From Bacillota bacterium (GTDB taxonomy: Bacteria; Bacillota; Sulfobacillia; JAJZYS01; JAJYTV01): a stretch of 64,000 nt of DNA. The stretch is taken from contig JAJZAT010000008.1 of the NCBI GenBank assembly GCA_021799275.1, positions 11,972 to 75,971 of the forward strand. The letters run 5' to 3'. The notes beneath the pieces were generated by a model. That model was given only the letters and a program-made list of their open reading frames with translations. It ran no database searches and was not told the origin of the DNA. This document shows positions 9,747-20,932 of this stretch, in pieces. The translations under genes and the position numbers were made by a program. Within the stretch, counting starts at the first letter, position 1. The number at the start of each line of letters is the position of its first letter.

Positions 9747-11003
9747 TCAGCCCTCGAGCAGCAGCTGCGTCGGATCCTCCAGAAGCTCCTTGATATGCCG
9801 CAGGAAGCGGACCGAGACCGATCCGTCGACGATGCGGTGGTCATAGGAAAGAGCGATGTACATCATCGGCCGGATCTGCACCTCGCCGCGCACGGCGATC
9901 GGGCGCTCCTGGATGCCGTGCATGCCCAGGATCCCGACCTGCGGCGCGTTGAGGATCGGCGTCGAGAGGAGGGAGCCGAAGACGCCTCCGTTGGTGATGG
10001 TGAAGGTGCCGCCACGCAGGTCCTCGAGCGTCAGGGCACCGCTTCTCGCCTTCGCGGCGAGCTCGGCGATCGCCTGCTCGATGCCGGCGAAGTTCAGGCG
10101 GTCGGCGTCCCGCACCACGGGCACGACCAGCCCCTCATCGGTGGAGACTGCGATGCCGATGTCGTAGTAGTGCTTGAGGACGATCTCGTCGCCCTGGATC
10201 TCGGCGTTGAGATGCGGATAGGCCTTGAGGGCGCTCAAGGTCGCCTTGGTGAAGAAGGACATCAGGCCGAGCGACACGCCGTGCCTCTCCTTGAAGGCGT
10301 CGCGCCGCTCGTGGCGCACCGCCATCACCGCGGAGAGGTCCACCTCGTTGAAGGTGGTGAGCATCGCGGCCCCGTGCTGCGCCTCGACCAGCCGGCGCGC
10401 GATGGTGAGACGCCGGCGTGACATGCGCTGGCGCTCCTCGCGGCCGCTCGCGGCTGCGAACACGTCCGCGGACGCGGGAGCCGGAGCGGGCGGTGCCGGC
10501 GTCTTGGGCGCGGGAGCCGGCGCGGCGGCGGCGGGCGCCGCCGGGATCACCGTCTCGGGCGCGGTGGCGAGCCTCGCCGCCGTGCGCTCGACGTCCTCCC
10601 GCGTCACGCGGCCGCGCGGTCCGCTGCCCGTCACCTGACGCAGATCGACCTGCAGATCCTGCGCCGCCCTACGCACCTCGGGCGATGTGGGACCGGCTGC
10701 GGCGGCGGGTTCTTCCGCCGCTGGAGCAGGAGCGGCTGCGGCGGGCGCCTCGGTCGCGGCGGCCACGCCTTCGGCGATGGTGCCCAGCACCTCGCCGATG
10801 CCGACGGTCGCACCCTCCTCCTTGCGGATCTCCTGGAGGGTGCCGGCCGTCTGGGCCTGCACCTCCAGATTGACCTTGTCGGTCTCGAGCTCCACCAGCG
10901 CGTCGCCCGCGGCCACCGCGTCGCCGGGATGCTTCAGCCAGTGGCCGACGGTCGCCTCGACGATCGACTCGCCAAGCTGCGGTACGGTGATCTCAGTTGG
11001 CAC
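9747..11003 (-). CDS. sucB: 2-oxoglutarate dehydrogenase E2 (dihydrolipoamide succinyltransferase)
   Basis: 418 aa. Lipoyl domain ([11 protein letters not shown]), an Ala/Pro-rich linker, and the catalytic DHRIVDG motif. Overlaps the sucA stop by 11 nt. Confidence 0.85.
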   Translation of the reverse strand: MPTEITVPQLGESIVEATVGHWLKHPGDAVAAGDALVELETDKVNLEVQAQTAGTLQEIRKEEGATVGIGEVLGTIAEGVAAATEAPAAAAPAPAAEEPAAAAGPTSPEVRRAAQDLQVDLRQVTGSGPRGRVTREDVERTAARLATAPETVIPAAPAAAAPAPAPKTPAPPAPAPASADVFAAASGREERQRMSRRRLTIARRLVEAQHGAAMLTTFNEVDLSAVMAVRHERRDAFKERHGVSLGLMSFFTKATLSALKAYPHLNAEIQGDEIVLKHYYDIGIAVSTDEGLVVPVVRDADRLNFAGIEQAIAELAAKARSGALTLEDLRGGTFTITNGGVFGSLLSTPILNAPQVGILGMHGIQERPIAVRGEVQIRPMMYIALSYDHRIVDGSVSVRFLRHIKELLEDPTQLLLEG

Positions 11004-13794
11004 GTCTCTTCACACCCCGCGTTTGCAGTTTCTTCTCCGGCAGCGAAAGAGCTTCCCCGGTGATGCGCTCGTGCTCGGCCTTGTGGACGTCCGGCATTCC
11101 CTCCGCGGTGGACGCCCGTTCCGGCCGGCCGACGTAGCGGAGCTCCACCCCGTCCGGCAGGAGCTTCGCGAGCCGCGGCGCGATGAACGTCCAGGGACCC
11201 ATGTTGGTGGGCTCCTCCTGAAGCCAGATCGCTTCGCGCACCCCCGGATAGGCTGCGATGACGGCACGGATCTCTTCCTCCGGGAAGGGATAGAGCAGTT
11301 CCAGGCGGATCAGCGCGGCACGCTCGGCGTCGTGGTGTTCCTTTGCCGCAAGGCGGTACTCGACCGAAATCTTGCCGCTGCAGAAGACGAGCCGCTCCAC
11401 CCGATCGCGCCGGTTGATCGCCGTGTCGTCGTCCAGCACCGGCTGGAAGCTGCCCGTCGCGAGTTCCGCGAGGTCGGACTGCGCCATCGGGTGGCGCAAC
11501 AGGCTCTTCGGCGTCATCACGACCAGTGGTCGTGGCTGAAGGCCCAGGGCAGCCGCCTGGAGCCGGAGCACATGGAAGTACTGCGCGGATGTCGTGCAGT
11601 TGGCGATGCGCAGGTTGCCCTCGGCGGCGAGTTGCAGGTAGCGCTCCACGCGGCCGCTCGAGTGCTCCGGACCCTGGCCCTCGTAGCCATGCGGCAGCAG
11701 CAGGACGAGATTCGAGCGCTCGCGCCACTTCGCCCTCGCCGCGGTCAGGAACTGGTCGACGATCACCTGCGCCGCGTTGGCGAAGTCGCCGAACTGGGCC
11801 TCCCAGATGACGAGCGTCTCCGGGGCCCGGAGGCCGTAGCCGTACTCGAACCCGAGCACGCCGGACTCCGACAGGGGGCTGTTGTAGACGGCGAACGACG
11901 CCTTGGCGGTGGGCAGGTGCTGCAGAGGCGTGTAACGGTGGCCGTCGTGCACGTCGTGCAGCACGAGGTGGCGCTGGCTGAAGGTGCCGCGCTCCGTGTC
12001 CTGCCCGCTCATGCGGATGGGGATGCCGTCTTCGAGGATGGTGGCGAAGGCCAGGCTCTCGGCGTGCGCCCAGTCGACGCCCTGCGGCTTGTCGAGCAGT
12101 TCGCGTCGCCTCTGGAGGAGCCGTTCGAGCTTCGCGCTGCCGGTGAAACCCTCCGGACGCGCCAGCAGGGCGTCGTTCGCGGCGCGCAGCCGCTCCTCGC
12201 CAGGTGGCGTGGCGATCCCTTGCAGGGTGCGCTCCTCCGGCATCGTCTGGGGGAACTTGACCCGTCCCTCGACCACCTCGTCGAACGCGGCGCGCAGCCT
12301 CTCGCGCGCCTTCTCCTGCATGGCCGCCGCCGCGCCCTGGTCCACGATGCCCTCCGCGACCAGCCGGTCCTCGTAGACCTTGCGCACCGTGGGGTGGTTG
12401 CCGATCAGCTCGTAAAGCCTGGGCTGGGTGAAGCTCGGCTCGTCACCCTCGTTGTGCCCGTAGCGCCGGTAGCCGACGAGATCGATGAGGAAGTCCTTGT
12501 GGAAGAGCTGCCGGTAGGCGATCGCGATGCGCGCCGCCGTCATGCAGGCGTCCGGGTCGTCCGCGTTCACGTGCAGGATGGGAATCTCGAAACCCTTGGC
12601 AAGGTCCGACGAGTAGCGTGTGGAACGGTCCTCGCCGGGGTCCGTCGTAAAGCCGACCTGGTTGTTCGCGATGATGTGCACGGAGCCGCCCGTGGTGTAG
12701 CCGAAAAGCTGCGAGAGGTTCAAGGTCTCCGCGACGATGCCCTCGCCGGGGAACGCCGCATCGCCGTGCACCGAAACGTTGATGGCTTGGGAGAAGTCCG
12801 GCCTGGGGCGTCCGGGCCCGGTGCGGTCGTCCTGCGCCCCGCGGGTCATGCCCTGAACCACCGGGTTGACGAACTCGAGGTGGCTCGGGTTGTTCGCGAG
12901 CGTGATCTGAACCGGCTGCTCGCCCTCGTTCTGGATGGTTCGGCGCGACCCGAGGTGATACTTGACGTCGCCGCTCCAGCCGACGTAGAGGTCCGGCTGT
13001 TCGTCGGGCCCGACGTGGAACTCGGTGAAGATCTGGCCGAACGGCTTGCCGATGACATGCGTCAGCACCGAGAGGCGCCCACGGTGCGCCATGCCGATCG
13101 TCACCTCGCGCGTGCCGCTCTCGACGGCCGCGTCGATGATCTCGTCCAGCATGGGCACCAGCACGTCGTTGCCCTCGATCGAGAACCGCTTCTGCCCCTG
13201 GAACGTGCGGTGCAGGAACTGCTCGAACTCCTCGACGTCGGTGAGGCGCTCGAGGATCTCGAGCCGCCGCGCCGCAGCCATGTGGCGATAGCTGCCGTCC
13301 TCCGCGGCGTGCTGCAGCCATTGACGCTCCTCGGCCTCGTGCACGTGGCTGAAGTCGAAGCCGATGGTACCCATGTAGATCTCTTCAAGGCGGGCGATCG
13401 CCTGCCTCAGGCTGCCGACGGCCGGGCCCGCCGCCGGGAACACGATCGCCCCCGGCAGCCGGTCCATCTGCTCGTCCGTCAGGCCGTAGCCCTGCGCGTC
13501 GAGCGCGTGCTGCGTCGGCGGATCCTGACCCAGGGGGTCAAGGCGCGCCTTGAGGTGCCCGTATTCCCTGATGTTGCGCGCGAGACGCGCCGCGAGCACG
13601 ATCTCCTGCACGTCCGCCGGCGCGGCGGTCGCCGTGCTCGGAGCATCCTTGAGGCTTACGCCACCCTCGAGCTCCATGCGTCGGAACATGGCAGCCGTCG
13701 CGGCGTCGACCGACTGAGGATCCTGCCGGTAACGCTCGTAGAGCTCAAGGGCCCAACCAGCGTTCGGACCATGAAACAGCTCCCCCAGGTCCAT
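10993..13794 (-). CDS. sucA: 2-oxoglutarate dehydrogenase E1 component
   Basis: About 933 aa counted from ATG at 13794, which follows a GAGGAAG ribosome-binding site. The N-terminus [22 protein letters not shown] aligns with the SucA N-terminus and the protein is colinear with E1o. The extra 33 codons in the ORF table lack a ribosome-binding site. Confidence 0.9.
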   Translation of the reverse strand: MDLGELFHGPNAGWALELYERYRQDPQSVDAATAAMFRRMELEGGVSLKDAPSTATAAPADVQEIVLAARLARNIREYGHLKARLDPLGQDPPTQHALDAQGYGLTDEQMDRLPGAIVFPAAGPAVGSLRQAIARLEEIYMGTIGFDFSHVHEAEERQWLQHAAEDGSYRHMAAARRLEILERLTDVEEFEQFLHRTFQGQKRFSIEGNDVLVPMLDEIIDAAVESGTREVTIGMAHRGRLSVLTHVIGKPFGQIFTEFHVGPDEQPDLYVGWSGDVKYHLGSRRTIQNEGEQPVQITLANNPSHLEFVNPVVQGMTRGAQDDRTGPGRPRPDFSQAINVSVHGDAAFPGEGIVAETLNLSQLFGYTTGGSVHIIANNQVGFTTDPGEDRSTRYSSDLAKGFEIPILHVNADDPDACMTAARIAIAYRQLFHKDFLIDLVGYRRYGHNEGDEPSFTQPRLYELIGNHPTVRKVYEDRLVAEGIVDQGAAAAMQEKARERLRAAFDEVVEGRVKFPQTMPEERTLQGIATPPGEERLRAANDALLARPEGFTGSAKLERLLQRRRELLDKPQGVDWAHAESLAFATILEDGIPIRMSGQDTERGTFSQRHLVLHDVHDGHRYTPLQHLPTAKASFAVYNSPLSESGVLGFEYGYGLRAPETLVIWEAQFGDFANAAQVIVDQFLTAARAKWRERSNLVLLLPHGYEGQGPEHSSGRVERYLQLAAEGNLRIANCTTSAQYFHVLRLQAAALGLQPRPLVVMTPKSLLRHPMAQSDLAELATGSFQPVLDDDTAINRRDRVERLVFCSGKISVEYRLAAKEHHDAERAALIRLELLYPFPEEEIRAVIAAYPGVREAIWLQEEPTNMGPWTFIAPRLAKLLPDGVELRYVGRPERASTAEGMPDVHKAEHERITGEALSLPEKKLQTRGVKRRAN

Positions 13795-13855
13795 GCTGAT
13801 CTTCCTCGCGGGGCCGATTTCTTGGTCATCCGGGACGTCCTGCCAAGTAGGTTTC

Positions 13856-13862
13856 ATTATAA
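13856..13862 (-). promoter_or_regulatory. -10 element (TATAAT) of a putative sucAB promoter
   Basis: The minus strand reads GGTTATAATG about 60 nt upstream of the sucA start, in the only AT-rich patch of the 234-nt divergent region. Confidence 0.3.
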
Positions 13863-14043
13863 CCAACGGCCGAATGCCTGTGTGACGTGGCAAACACTGT
13901 AGGCAAGCGCGGGGGGGCCGTCAAGGGCATAGGCCACACGTTCGGGGTCCTACCGCGCCTTACGCGCCTTTTGGCCACCGGACCCTCGCGCGTCCCGGTG
14001 GCAGCTTCCGGGAGGACACGCACGGCAGGTGACGAAGGCTTGC

Positions 14044-15147
14044 ATGGCAAGGAGGCGCTCCACTTTGGATGCTTTGCGCGTAGGAATCGCCGGCACGGGC
14101 TTCGGTGCCCGTGTCCACGCGCCCATGCTGTCGGCCCATCCGGGCTTCGAACCCGTAGCGATTGCGAGCCTGCACCGCGGCGACCCGGACCGCGCACGGG
14201 CCGAGAGCGGAATCGCGAACGTCCTCGGCGACTGGCACGACCTGATCGATCTGCCGCTCGATCTCCTGGTGGTCGCCGCGAACCCGGAACTCCATCGCGA
14301 GATCACGGAAGCTGCGCTTCAGGCGGGACTCCATGTCCTCTGTGAAAAGCCCATGGCGCTGGACCTCGCGGAGGCGGAGTCCATGGAATCGCTGCGCCGC
14401 TCGCAGGACCGCATCGGCGCGATCACGTTCGAGTTCCGTTTCCGCCCCGCCCGCGCCGCAGTGCGGAGCCTGATCGCGGACGGCGCGATCGGGCGGATCC
14501 TGCATGTCGCCTACGTGGGTCAGGACCGTCGCCTGCCGCAACTGCACAGCGCGCCGCTCGGCTGGCTCGGCCGCAGTAGCCAGGGTGGCGGCAGGCTGGG
14601 TGCTCTCGGCAGCCACATGTTCGATAGTCTGCGCTACTGGACCGGCGATGAAGTCGCCGAGCTGTCGGCGCAGCTGACGACGCATGTGGCCGAAGGACCC
14701 GGCGACGAGCGGCGCGACGCGGACGACGCCTTCCAGGTGTTCGGCCGCCTCGTGTCAGGGGCCACCTTCCTGCTCGACTACCGCTCCGCCACGACGCGTC
14801 CGTCGGGATGGCAGCTCGAGGTGCATGGCAGCGAGGGCACCGTCGCCCTCTCGGACGATCGCACGGTGCGGCTGCAGCGGGGCGACGCCGACTGGCGGGA
14901 GGTCGAGCTTCCCGAGGCGCAGGAGGCACCTCGGCTTCCAGAGACCGCGAGAGGCTACGCCAGCGCGATGCTCCCCTTCCTCGACCGGCTGCACCGGTCC
15001 GTGGTAGCGGGCCGTCCGAGCGGGGATCTTCCGACCTTCCAGGATGGCGTCGCAAGCCAGCGGCTTCTCGACGCCGCGCGCCGCGCGTCGGACACCGGAC
15101 AGCGCCAAGTGCTGCGCGGACCCACAGGACAGGTCGTTCGTCCCTAG
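14044..15147 (+). CDS. Gfo/Idh/MocA family NAD(P)-dependent oxidoreductase
   Basis: LRVGIAGTGFGARVH Rossmann motif and the EKP catalytic-region motif (VLCEKPMA). ATG at 14044 follows GAAGG; an alternative GTG lies at 14029. Confidence 0.75.
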   Translation: MARRRSTLDALRVGIAGTGFGARVHAPMLSAHPGFEPVAIASLHRGDPDRARAESGIANVLGDWHDLIDLPLDLLVVAANPELHREITEAALQAGLHVLCEKPMALDLAEAESMESLRRSQDRIGAITFEFRFRPARAAVRSLIADGAIGRILHVAYVGQDRRLPQLHSAPLGWLGRSSQGGGRLGALGSHMFDSLRYWTGDEVAELSAQLTTHVAEGPGDERRDADDAFQVFGRLVSGATFLLDYRSATTRPSGWQLEVHGSEGTVALSDDRTVRLQRGDADWREVELPEAQEAPRLPETARGYASAMLPFLDRLHRSVVAGRPSGDLPTFQDGVASQRLLDAARRASDTGQRQVLRGPTGQVVRP

Positions 15148-15205
15148 GAACGCCGGCAAAGGACGCGAATACCCCCATACTTCGAGACAAGCGAGGAGGC
15201 GCATC

Positions 15206-15928
15206 ATGCAGCTCTTCCCAGGCGCAGAAGTGCTTGAGTTGCCGATGCAGGGGTTCGGCGGAACGAGCGTCGTGTACCCGGTCCTGCTCATGGGCGAGGA
15301 AGGCGCCACGCTGGTCGACACGGGCTTCCCCGGCCAGGGCGACGCGCTCGAGGCGGCCCTCAGGGCCATTGGGCACTCCGTCTCGGACCTGGACCGCGTC
15401 ATCCTGACCCACCAGGACATCGACCACATCGGGAATCTGCCGGCGATCGCGGCCGGGCGCACCACCGTGCTCGCCCATCGGCTCGAGGCGCCCTACATCG
15501 AGGGGCGCGAAAGGCTTCTTAAGTTCAACCCCGAGCGCATGCAGCGGATGCTCGAGCACATGCCCGAAGCGGCGCAGGCCCAGTTCAAGGCGCTCATGTC
15601 GAACCTGCCCAAGGCGCAGGTGGACGTGCTGCTGGAGGACGGCGAGGAGCTGCCGCTCTACGGCGGCATCCGGGTCATCCACACGCCCGGCCACACACCC
15701 GGCCACATCAGCCTCTACTTCCCGCGACACCGCACCCTCATCTCAGGCGACGCCATGCGCGTCGTGAACGGCCAACTCGAGGGTCCCGGGCCGGAAGTGA
15801 CGCCGGACATGCCGACCGCCATGGCGTCGCTCGCGAAGCTGCCGCAGGACGTCGACTACGTCCTGAGCTACCATGGCGGCCTGTTCGGGCCGGGAGCCGC
15901 AAAGCGTATCCAGGAGATCATCGGCTGA
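15206..15928 (+). CDS. MBL-fold metallo-hydrolase
   Basis: HxHxDH motif (THQDIDHIGN) and a later HTPGHTPGH motif. ATG at 15206 follows GAGGAGG. The N-terminal extension in the ORF table was rejected. Confidence 0.8.
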   Translation: MQLFPGAEVLELPMQGFGGTSVVYPVLLMGEEGATLVDTGFPGQGDALEAALRAIGHSVSDLDRVILTHQDIDHIGNLPAIAAGRTTVLAHRLEAPYIEGRERLLKFNPERMQRMLEHMPEAAQAQFKALMSNLPKAQVDVLLEDGEELPLYGGIRVIHTPGHTPGHISLYFPRHRTLISGDAMRVVNGQLEGPGPEVTPDMPTAMASLAKLPQDVDYVLSYHGGLFGPGAAKRIQEIIG

Positions 15929-15944
15929 CGACTGTGCATGGCGT

Positions 15945-15993
15945 GGGGGCTGTCCGACGCGGGCCTTGGGCCTTGCGGGACAGCCCCCTTTCG
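15945..15993 (+). terminator. rho-independent terminator after the MBL hydrolase gene
   Basis: GGGGGCTGTCC…GGACAGCCCCC stem followed by TTTCG. Confidence 0.5.
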
Positions 15994-16108
15994 TCGGACC
16001 GACCACGGTGCCAAAGGACTCTTAACCTGACCGCAACCGAACACTAACAGGCCAGCGGGAACCTTCTGCTGAGACCCGTGTGCGCAGTCCAGAGCAGGAG
16101 GGGATCGC

Positions 16109-17491
16109 GTGGCCCAGCGGACAGGCTCCCTCGTAGGCGCGCTCAATGACGCGCCGCTCAGCCTCTTCCACCTTCGCACCGTGCTCACGGCGGGCATGGG
16201 CTTCTTCACGGACGCGTACGATCTTTTCATCATCAGCGCGGCCGTTACCCTGATCAAAGTGCAGTGGGACCCGAGCGCCACGGAGCTCGGGCTGCTGTCG
16301 AGCACCGCTCTGATCGCCGCGTTTGTTGGCGCCTTCCTGTTCGGCCGCGTGGCCGACGTATTCGGCAGGAAATCCATCTACGGACTCGAGGCGGCGATCA
16401 TGGCCGCGGCGGCCATCGCCTCCGCCTTTGCACCGAACATCATCTGGCTCATCGTCTTCCGCTTCGTCCTTGGTGTCGGCATTGGCGGCGACTATCCCGT
16501 CTCGGCGGTGCTGATGAGCGAATATGCCAATCGCCAGGACCGCGGCAAGCTGGTGGGGCTCGTCTTCTCCATGCAGGCGCTCGGTCTCGTCGCCGGTCCG
16601 ATCGTCGCGATGACCCTCCTTGCCTCAGGCGTCTCTGGTGACCTCGCCTGGCGGCTCATGCTCGGGCTCGGTGCCCTGCCTGCACTCGCCGTGATCTACC
16701 TGCGGCGCACGCTTCCGGAGTCTCCGCGCTACGTCGCACGCGTGCGGGGCAATGCGCCCGAGGCCACCCGCTCGGTGCGGGAATTTACGCGCGGCCAGGT
16801 CGACGCGGCGGCGGACGCCGAGCCGAAGGTGCGGCTCTCCTTCTGGCAGTTCCTGCACGACCGGCGCTACCTGCGCCTGCTGCTCGGCACCGCGGGCACA
16901 TGGTTCGTGTTCGACTACGCCTACTACGGAAACTCCATTTCGACGCCCCTGATCATCAAATCGGTCGCACCAGCCGCGACGACCATCGAGACGATGGCGT
17001 GGACGCTGATCATCTTCGTTGTGGCGGCTGTGCCCGGTTACCTTCTAGCCATCCTGAAGCTCGACGACATCGGCCACCGGCGGCTGCAGTGGATCGGCTT
17101 CACGGTGATGGGACTGGCGTTCCTTGCCCTGGGCGTCATCCCCGGCATCACTTCGCTGCTCGTGCCATTCCTCGTCATCTACGGAATCAGCTACTTCTTC
17201 GCCGAGTTCGGCCCCAACACCACCACGTTCGTACTGAGTGCCGAGGTCTACCCCGTCAGCATGCGGACGACCGGTCACGGGCTCTCAGCTGGCATCGCCA
17301 AAGTCGGCGCGTTCATCGGCGTGTTCGTCTTCCCCATCCTCAGCTCGGCGCTCGGCATCGCAGGAACCTTGCGCATCACGTTCCTCTTCGCGATGGTCGG
17401 CGTACTGCTGACCATGCTGCTGCCGGAGCCGGCCAAACAGGACCTCGAGGCCGTGTCCTACGAGGACGAACTCATCTCGCAGCAGGCCTGA
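16109..17491 (+). CDS. MFS transporter, phosphate/metabolite:H+ symporter-like (Pho84/PHS-like)
   Basis: 460 aa, 12 TM helices, GVGIGGDYPVSAVLMSEYA motif. GTG start follows GCAGGAGGGG. Confidence 0.75.
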   Translation: MAQRTGSLVGALNDAPLSLFHLRTVLTAGMGFFTDAYDLFIISAAVTLIKVQWDPSATELGLLSSTALIAAFVGAFLFGRVADVFGRKSIYGLEAAIMAAAAIASAFAPNIIWLIVFRFVLGVGIGGDYPVSAVLMSEYANRQDRGKLVGLVFSMQALGLVAGPIVAMTLLASGVSGDLAWRLMLGLGALPALAVIYLRRTLPESPRYVARVRGNAPEATRSVREFTRGQVDAAADAEPKVRLSFWQFLHDRRYLRLLLGTAGTWFVFDYAYYGNSISTPLIIKSVAPAATTIETMAWTLIIFVVAAVPGYLLAILKLDDIGHRRLQWIGFTVMGLAFLALGVIPGITSLLVPFLVIYGISYFFAEFGPNTTTFVLSAEVYPVSMRTTGHGLSAGIAKVGAFIGVFVFPILSSALGIAGTLRITFLFAMVGVLLTMLLPEPAKQDLEAVSYEDELISQQA

Positions 17492-17537
17492 CGTCCCTTG
17501 GCAAGCCGCAGTAAGAGCATAACGTGACCTGACCCAC

Positions 17538-17581
17538 GAGCGATCGGAGGCGTCGCCTACGGGCGGCGCCTCCGATCGCTC
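17538..17581. terminator. bidirectional terminator hairpin between convergent MFS and CoA-transferase genes
   Basis: 15-bp near-perfect stem GAGCGATCGGAGGCG…CGCCTCCGATCGCTC. Confidence 0.45.
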
Positions 17582-17595
17582 TCACCCTGAAAACC

Positions 17596-18822
17596 TCACT
17601 CGGGCGTGCCTGCCTCCACCTGCGGTCCATTCGCGACGCCGTCGGTAAAGGCCGCCTCCACCTCCTGTTCGGTGAGCCCCACCTCGCGCAGGATGCGCCT
17701 GGTGTGCTGCCCGTGCAGAGGCGGAGGTGTCCGCGGCTCGGCGGGCGTACCCGTGAAGCGCCACGGCAACCGCACCTGCCTGAGGTTCGGGATGAGGGGG
17801 TGGTCCATCTCGACCACCGTTCCGGCCTTCGCCACCTCCGGGCTCGCGAAGACTTCGGCCACTGTCCTGATCGGGCCGCAGGGAATGCCGGCGGCGGTGA
17901 GAGCCGTGAGCCACTCCGCTCGGCCGCGCGACGCGAGAGCACCGTCGATCGCCTGCTTGAGGGCCTGCCTGTGGAGCACGCGCTGCGGATTCGTCGCAAA
18001 GCGCTCGTCTTGGACCCACTCCGGATGACCGAGCGCGTCCGCGAGGCTCTTGAACTGCCGATCGTTGCCGACGCCCAAGGTGAGCGGCCCGTCCTTCGCT
18101 GCGAACGTCTCGTAGGGAGCCATCGACGGGTGGGCGTTGCCGTAGCGCCGTGCGGGCCCACCCGTCAGCAGGTGGCTCGAGGCCACGTTCGCCAGCATCG
18201 CCACCTCGCACTCGAAGAGGGACACCGAGACGTGCTGGCCTCTGCCGGTCTGGCTCCGGGCGTACAGCGCCGCCAAGATGCCGCTGAGCAGGAATGAGCT
18301 CGTGAAGAGGTCGGCCGCCGCGACGCCGACCTTGTATGGTGGTCCCTCCTCGGGCCCGGTGATGGACATCAGCCCGCCGGCCCCCTGGATGACGAAGTCG
18401 TAGCCGGCCCGGTCGTCGCCGAGCGGGTAGCCGCGGACGCTCGCGGTGATCAGCGCGGCATTGTCCCGGCGCATCTGCTCGAGCGACAGGTTGAACCGCT
18501 CGAGGTTGCCCGGGCGGAAGTTCTCGACGACCACGTCCGCCCAGCCGAGGGCCAGACGACGCACGACGTCCTGGGCGAGCGGCCGCGTCAGGTCGAGCGC
18601 GATGCTCTCCTTGTTCCGGTTCACACCGAGGTAGTAGGCCGACTCGCCCTGGATGAAGGGTGGCCCCCAGCTGCGCGTTTCGTCCCCTTCCTGCACGTGC
18701 TCCACCTTGATGACGCGCGCACCCAGTTCGCCGAGCGCCATGGTGGCATAGGGTCCGGCGAGCACGCGCGAGAGGTCGAGCACCTTCACTCCGGCGAGCG
18801 GGCCCTGTCCGCCGCTAGACAT
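17596..18822 (-). CDS. family III CoA-transferase (CaiB/BaiF/Frc-like)
   Basis: N-terminus LAGVKVLDLSRVLAGPYATMALGELGARVIKVE is the family-III CoA-transferase signature. 408 aa. Confidence 0.85.
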   Translation of the reverse strand: MSSGGQGPLAGVKVLDLSRVLAGPYATMALGELGARVIKVEHVQEGDETRSWGPPFIQGESAYYLGVNRNKESIALDLTRPLAQDVVRRLALGWADVVVENFRPGNLERFNLSLEQMRRDNAALITASVRGYPLGDDRAGYDFVIQGAGGLMSITGPEEGPPYKVGVAAADLFTSSFLLSGILAALYARSQTGRGQHVSVSLFECEVAMLANVASSHLLTGGPARRYGNAHPSMAPYETFAAKDGPLTLGVGNDRQFKSLADALGHPEWVQDERFATNPQRVLHRQALKQAIDGALASRGRAEWLTALTAAGIPCGPIRTVAEVFASPEVAKAGTVVEMDHPLIPNLRQVRLPWRFTGTPAEPRTPPPLHGQHTRRILREVGLTEQEVEAAFTDGVANGPQVEAGTPE

Positions 18823-19975
18823 GGGCCGTCAGAGCGGCGATGGCCCGGTGGGCCGCCGCAACGTCGTCGAGGTTGTTGTACGGGCCAAAGGAGAAGCGCG
18901 CAGCGCCAGGGCCGAACTCGCCGACGGCACGCGCGATCACGCCGCCCTCGGCCAGCCGCCCGACCACATCCCCGAGCTCCTCGGGGAAGCGCAACGTGCA
19001 CATGGCGGCACGCTGCTGCACCTGCACGAGTTCGCTGCCTTGGGGCAGTCCGTCGACGAACGCGTCGGCGAGAAGGCTCTGGTGCTGCTCGATCGTCATG
19101 GAGCCGATCTCCGCCCTCAGGGCCAGCGCGGCTTCAAGCCCCTCGAAAAGCGGCCAGTTCGCGGTGCCCACCTCGAACCGGCGCGCCTCCTGGCGCCACG
19201 CCACATCCTCTTCCTCGCGCCCTGCGAGGTCCTGCTCGGCGGAGCCGCTGCCAGCCGGCAACAGGCCCAGCTTCTCGAGGTTGTCCGGCCGGACGTAGAT
19301 GCCGGAGGTGCCGACGGGACCAAGCAGCCACTTGTGGCCGGAGAACGGGTAGAAGTCCGGATCGATCGCGCCGAGATCGACCTGCAACTGGCCGAGCGCC
19401 TGCGCGCCGTCGATCAGCGACAACACCCCGCGGCCGCGGCACAGCCTGGCGATGGCTGCCGCCGGCAGCACGCGGCCGCTGGTCTGGAGCACATGGCTGA
19501 CCGCCACGAGCCGCGTCCTGGGACCGATCAGCCTGGAAAGCTCGTCGAGCAGCTCCTCGTCCGTAGGGGCCATCCGCCAAGGAATCACCCGGATCCGGCC
19601 CATCGTCTCAAGGGCCCGCCAGGGGAAGCGGTTCGCCGGATGCTCCTCGGCCCCGACGATGACTTCGTCGCCAGCGGCGAAGCGCAGCCCCTGGGCCACC
19701 CAGTTGATTGCTTGCGTCACGTTGCCGGCGAACGCCACACTGGCCTGCGGCACGCCGAGCAGGAGAGCCATCGCCCCGCGCACGGCCGCCATGCCCTCGC
19801 GCCTGCGCTCATAGGCCTGCGGCCAGCCGGCACCTTCCACCTGCCACTGCTCGTACGCCTTGAAGAAGCGCACCGTCACCGTCTGCGGCGCGGCGCCCAT
19901 GGTACCGGTGTTCAGGTAAACCTTGCGCCGTACGACCGGTACGTCGGCGCGCAGGTCCTCGAGCGTGTAACCCAT
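18815..19975 (-). CDS. class-V aminotransferase-fold PLP-dependent enzyme
   Basis: 386 aa. YLNTGTMGA motif and the PLP-lysine motif FSGHKWLLGP. Overlaps the downstream CoA-transferase by 8 nt, so the two likely form an operon. Confidence 0.8.
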   Translation of the reverse strand: MGYTLEDLRADVPVVRRKVYLNTGTMGAAPQTVTVRFFKAYEQWQVEGAGWPQAYERRREGMAAVRGAMALLLGVPQASVAFAGNVTQAINWVAQGLRFAAGDEVIVGAEEHPANRFPWRALETMGRIRVIPWRMAPTDEELLDELSRLIGPRTRLVAVSHVLQTSGRVLPAAAIARLCRGRGVLSLIDGAQALGQLQVDLGAIDPDFYPFSGHKWLLGPVGTSGIYVRPDNLEKLGLLPAGSGSAEQDLAGREEEDVAWRQEARRFEVGTANWPLFEGLEAALALRAEIGSMTIEQHQSLLADAFVDGLPQGSELVQVQQRAAMCTLRFPEELGDVVGRLAEGGVIARAVGEFGPGAARFSFGPYNNLDDVAAAHRAIAALTAHV

Positions 19976-20143
19976 GGCCTGGCCTCCTCGCTCGTCCTCT
20001 TACGCCGGATCGCGATCGGTCACCTGCCGTTCCGTCTGCTATCATCCTAGAGGCGATATTGCGCATCGGTTCGGAAGGCGGCGAATCTTACGTCGGACCT
20101 CATACGGGACGGGAAGACGGCCAGGCTGCAGCGGTTCTACGGC

Positions 20144-20764
20144 ATGGCGCATCGGCTCTACGACATGTTCATGTTCGAGGCGTCGCAGGAAACCTGGGAG
20201 GCGGCATTGGCCCTTTTGCACCCCTCGCCGGGAGAACAGGTGCTGGACGCAGGCACCGGCACCGGCAGACTCGCCATCGCTCTCGGGGACCAGGTCGGCG
20301 ACGCAGGCAAGGTCTTCGGCGTCGACATCTCTCCCGCCATGCTGCGCCAGGCGCGGCGCCAGGTCGCCCGAACGCCGATCTCGGACAGGATCGAGCTGCG
20401 TCTCGGCGACGTCCGCGCCCTGCCCTTCGCGGACGGCAGCCTCGACGGGGCGGTTGTCAGCCTCGTCCTCGAACTTCTGCCGCCCGAGGGGACATCCGCC
20501 GCCCTCGCGGAACTGCGGCGCGTCGTTCGTCCCGGCGGGCGCATCGTCCTTGCCGCCTTGGCCGAGGAGATGCCTTACGGGCGGACGCTTTCCTTCTATC
20601 TTGTGCTCCGCAGCATCTTCCGGCTCGCCGCGCTCGGACGGCCGCTTGCCCTGCGCAAGCTCGCGACGCAGGCGGGGCTCCTGGCGCGCATCTCCATGCG
20701 TCGCGACCTGCTGCGCCTGCCGATCGACATCCTGCTCTGCGAAGTGCCGAAGACGGCTGACTGA
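20144..20764 (+). CDS. class I SAM-dependent methyltransferase
   Basis: VLDAGTGTGRLA motif I and a UbiE/COQ5-like fold. There is an in-frame stop at 20048 and no alternative start upstream. The ribosome-binding site is weak. Confidence 0.7.
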   Translation: MAHRLYDMFMFEASQETWEAALALLHPSPGEQVLDAGTGTGRLAIALGDQVGDAGKVFGVDISPAMLRQARRQVARTPISDRIELRLGDVRALPFADGSLDGAVVSLVLELLPPEGTSAALAELRRVVRPGGRIVLAALAEEMPYGRTLSFYLVLRSIFRLAALGRPLALRKLATQAGLLARISMRRDLLRLPIDILLCEVPKTAD

Positions 20765-20932
20765 CCTCCCGCGCCACGCGTGCCGCCGGAGGCCTTGGCT
20801 TGCGGCGGCATTTTCATGCCCTTCCCGGCGCAGACTGAGGGCATCCCTGCCAGTGCGCCGCCGTGCCGGCAGAGCGGGTCCATCGGACCCTCGCGGGCGG
20901 TCTTGTGACCCTTGACGCCTTCACGCAGAACT

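Noticed and set aside
10687-13902. 1071-aa ORF on the + strand
   Set aside because: It is antisense to sucA, which has unambiguous homology. The translation is Arg/Ala/Val-rich junk.
20059-20760. 233-aa ORF overlapping the methyltransferase gene in another frame
   Set aside because: Arg/Ala-rich artefact. The +1 frame carries the SAM-binding GTGTG motif instead.
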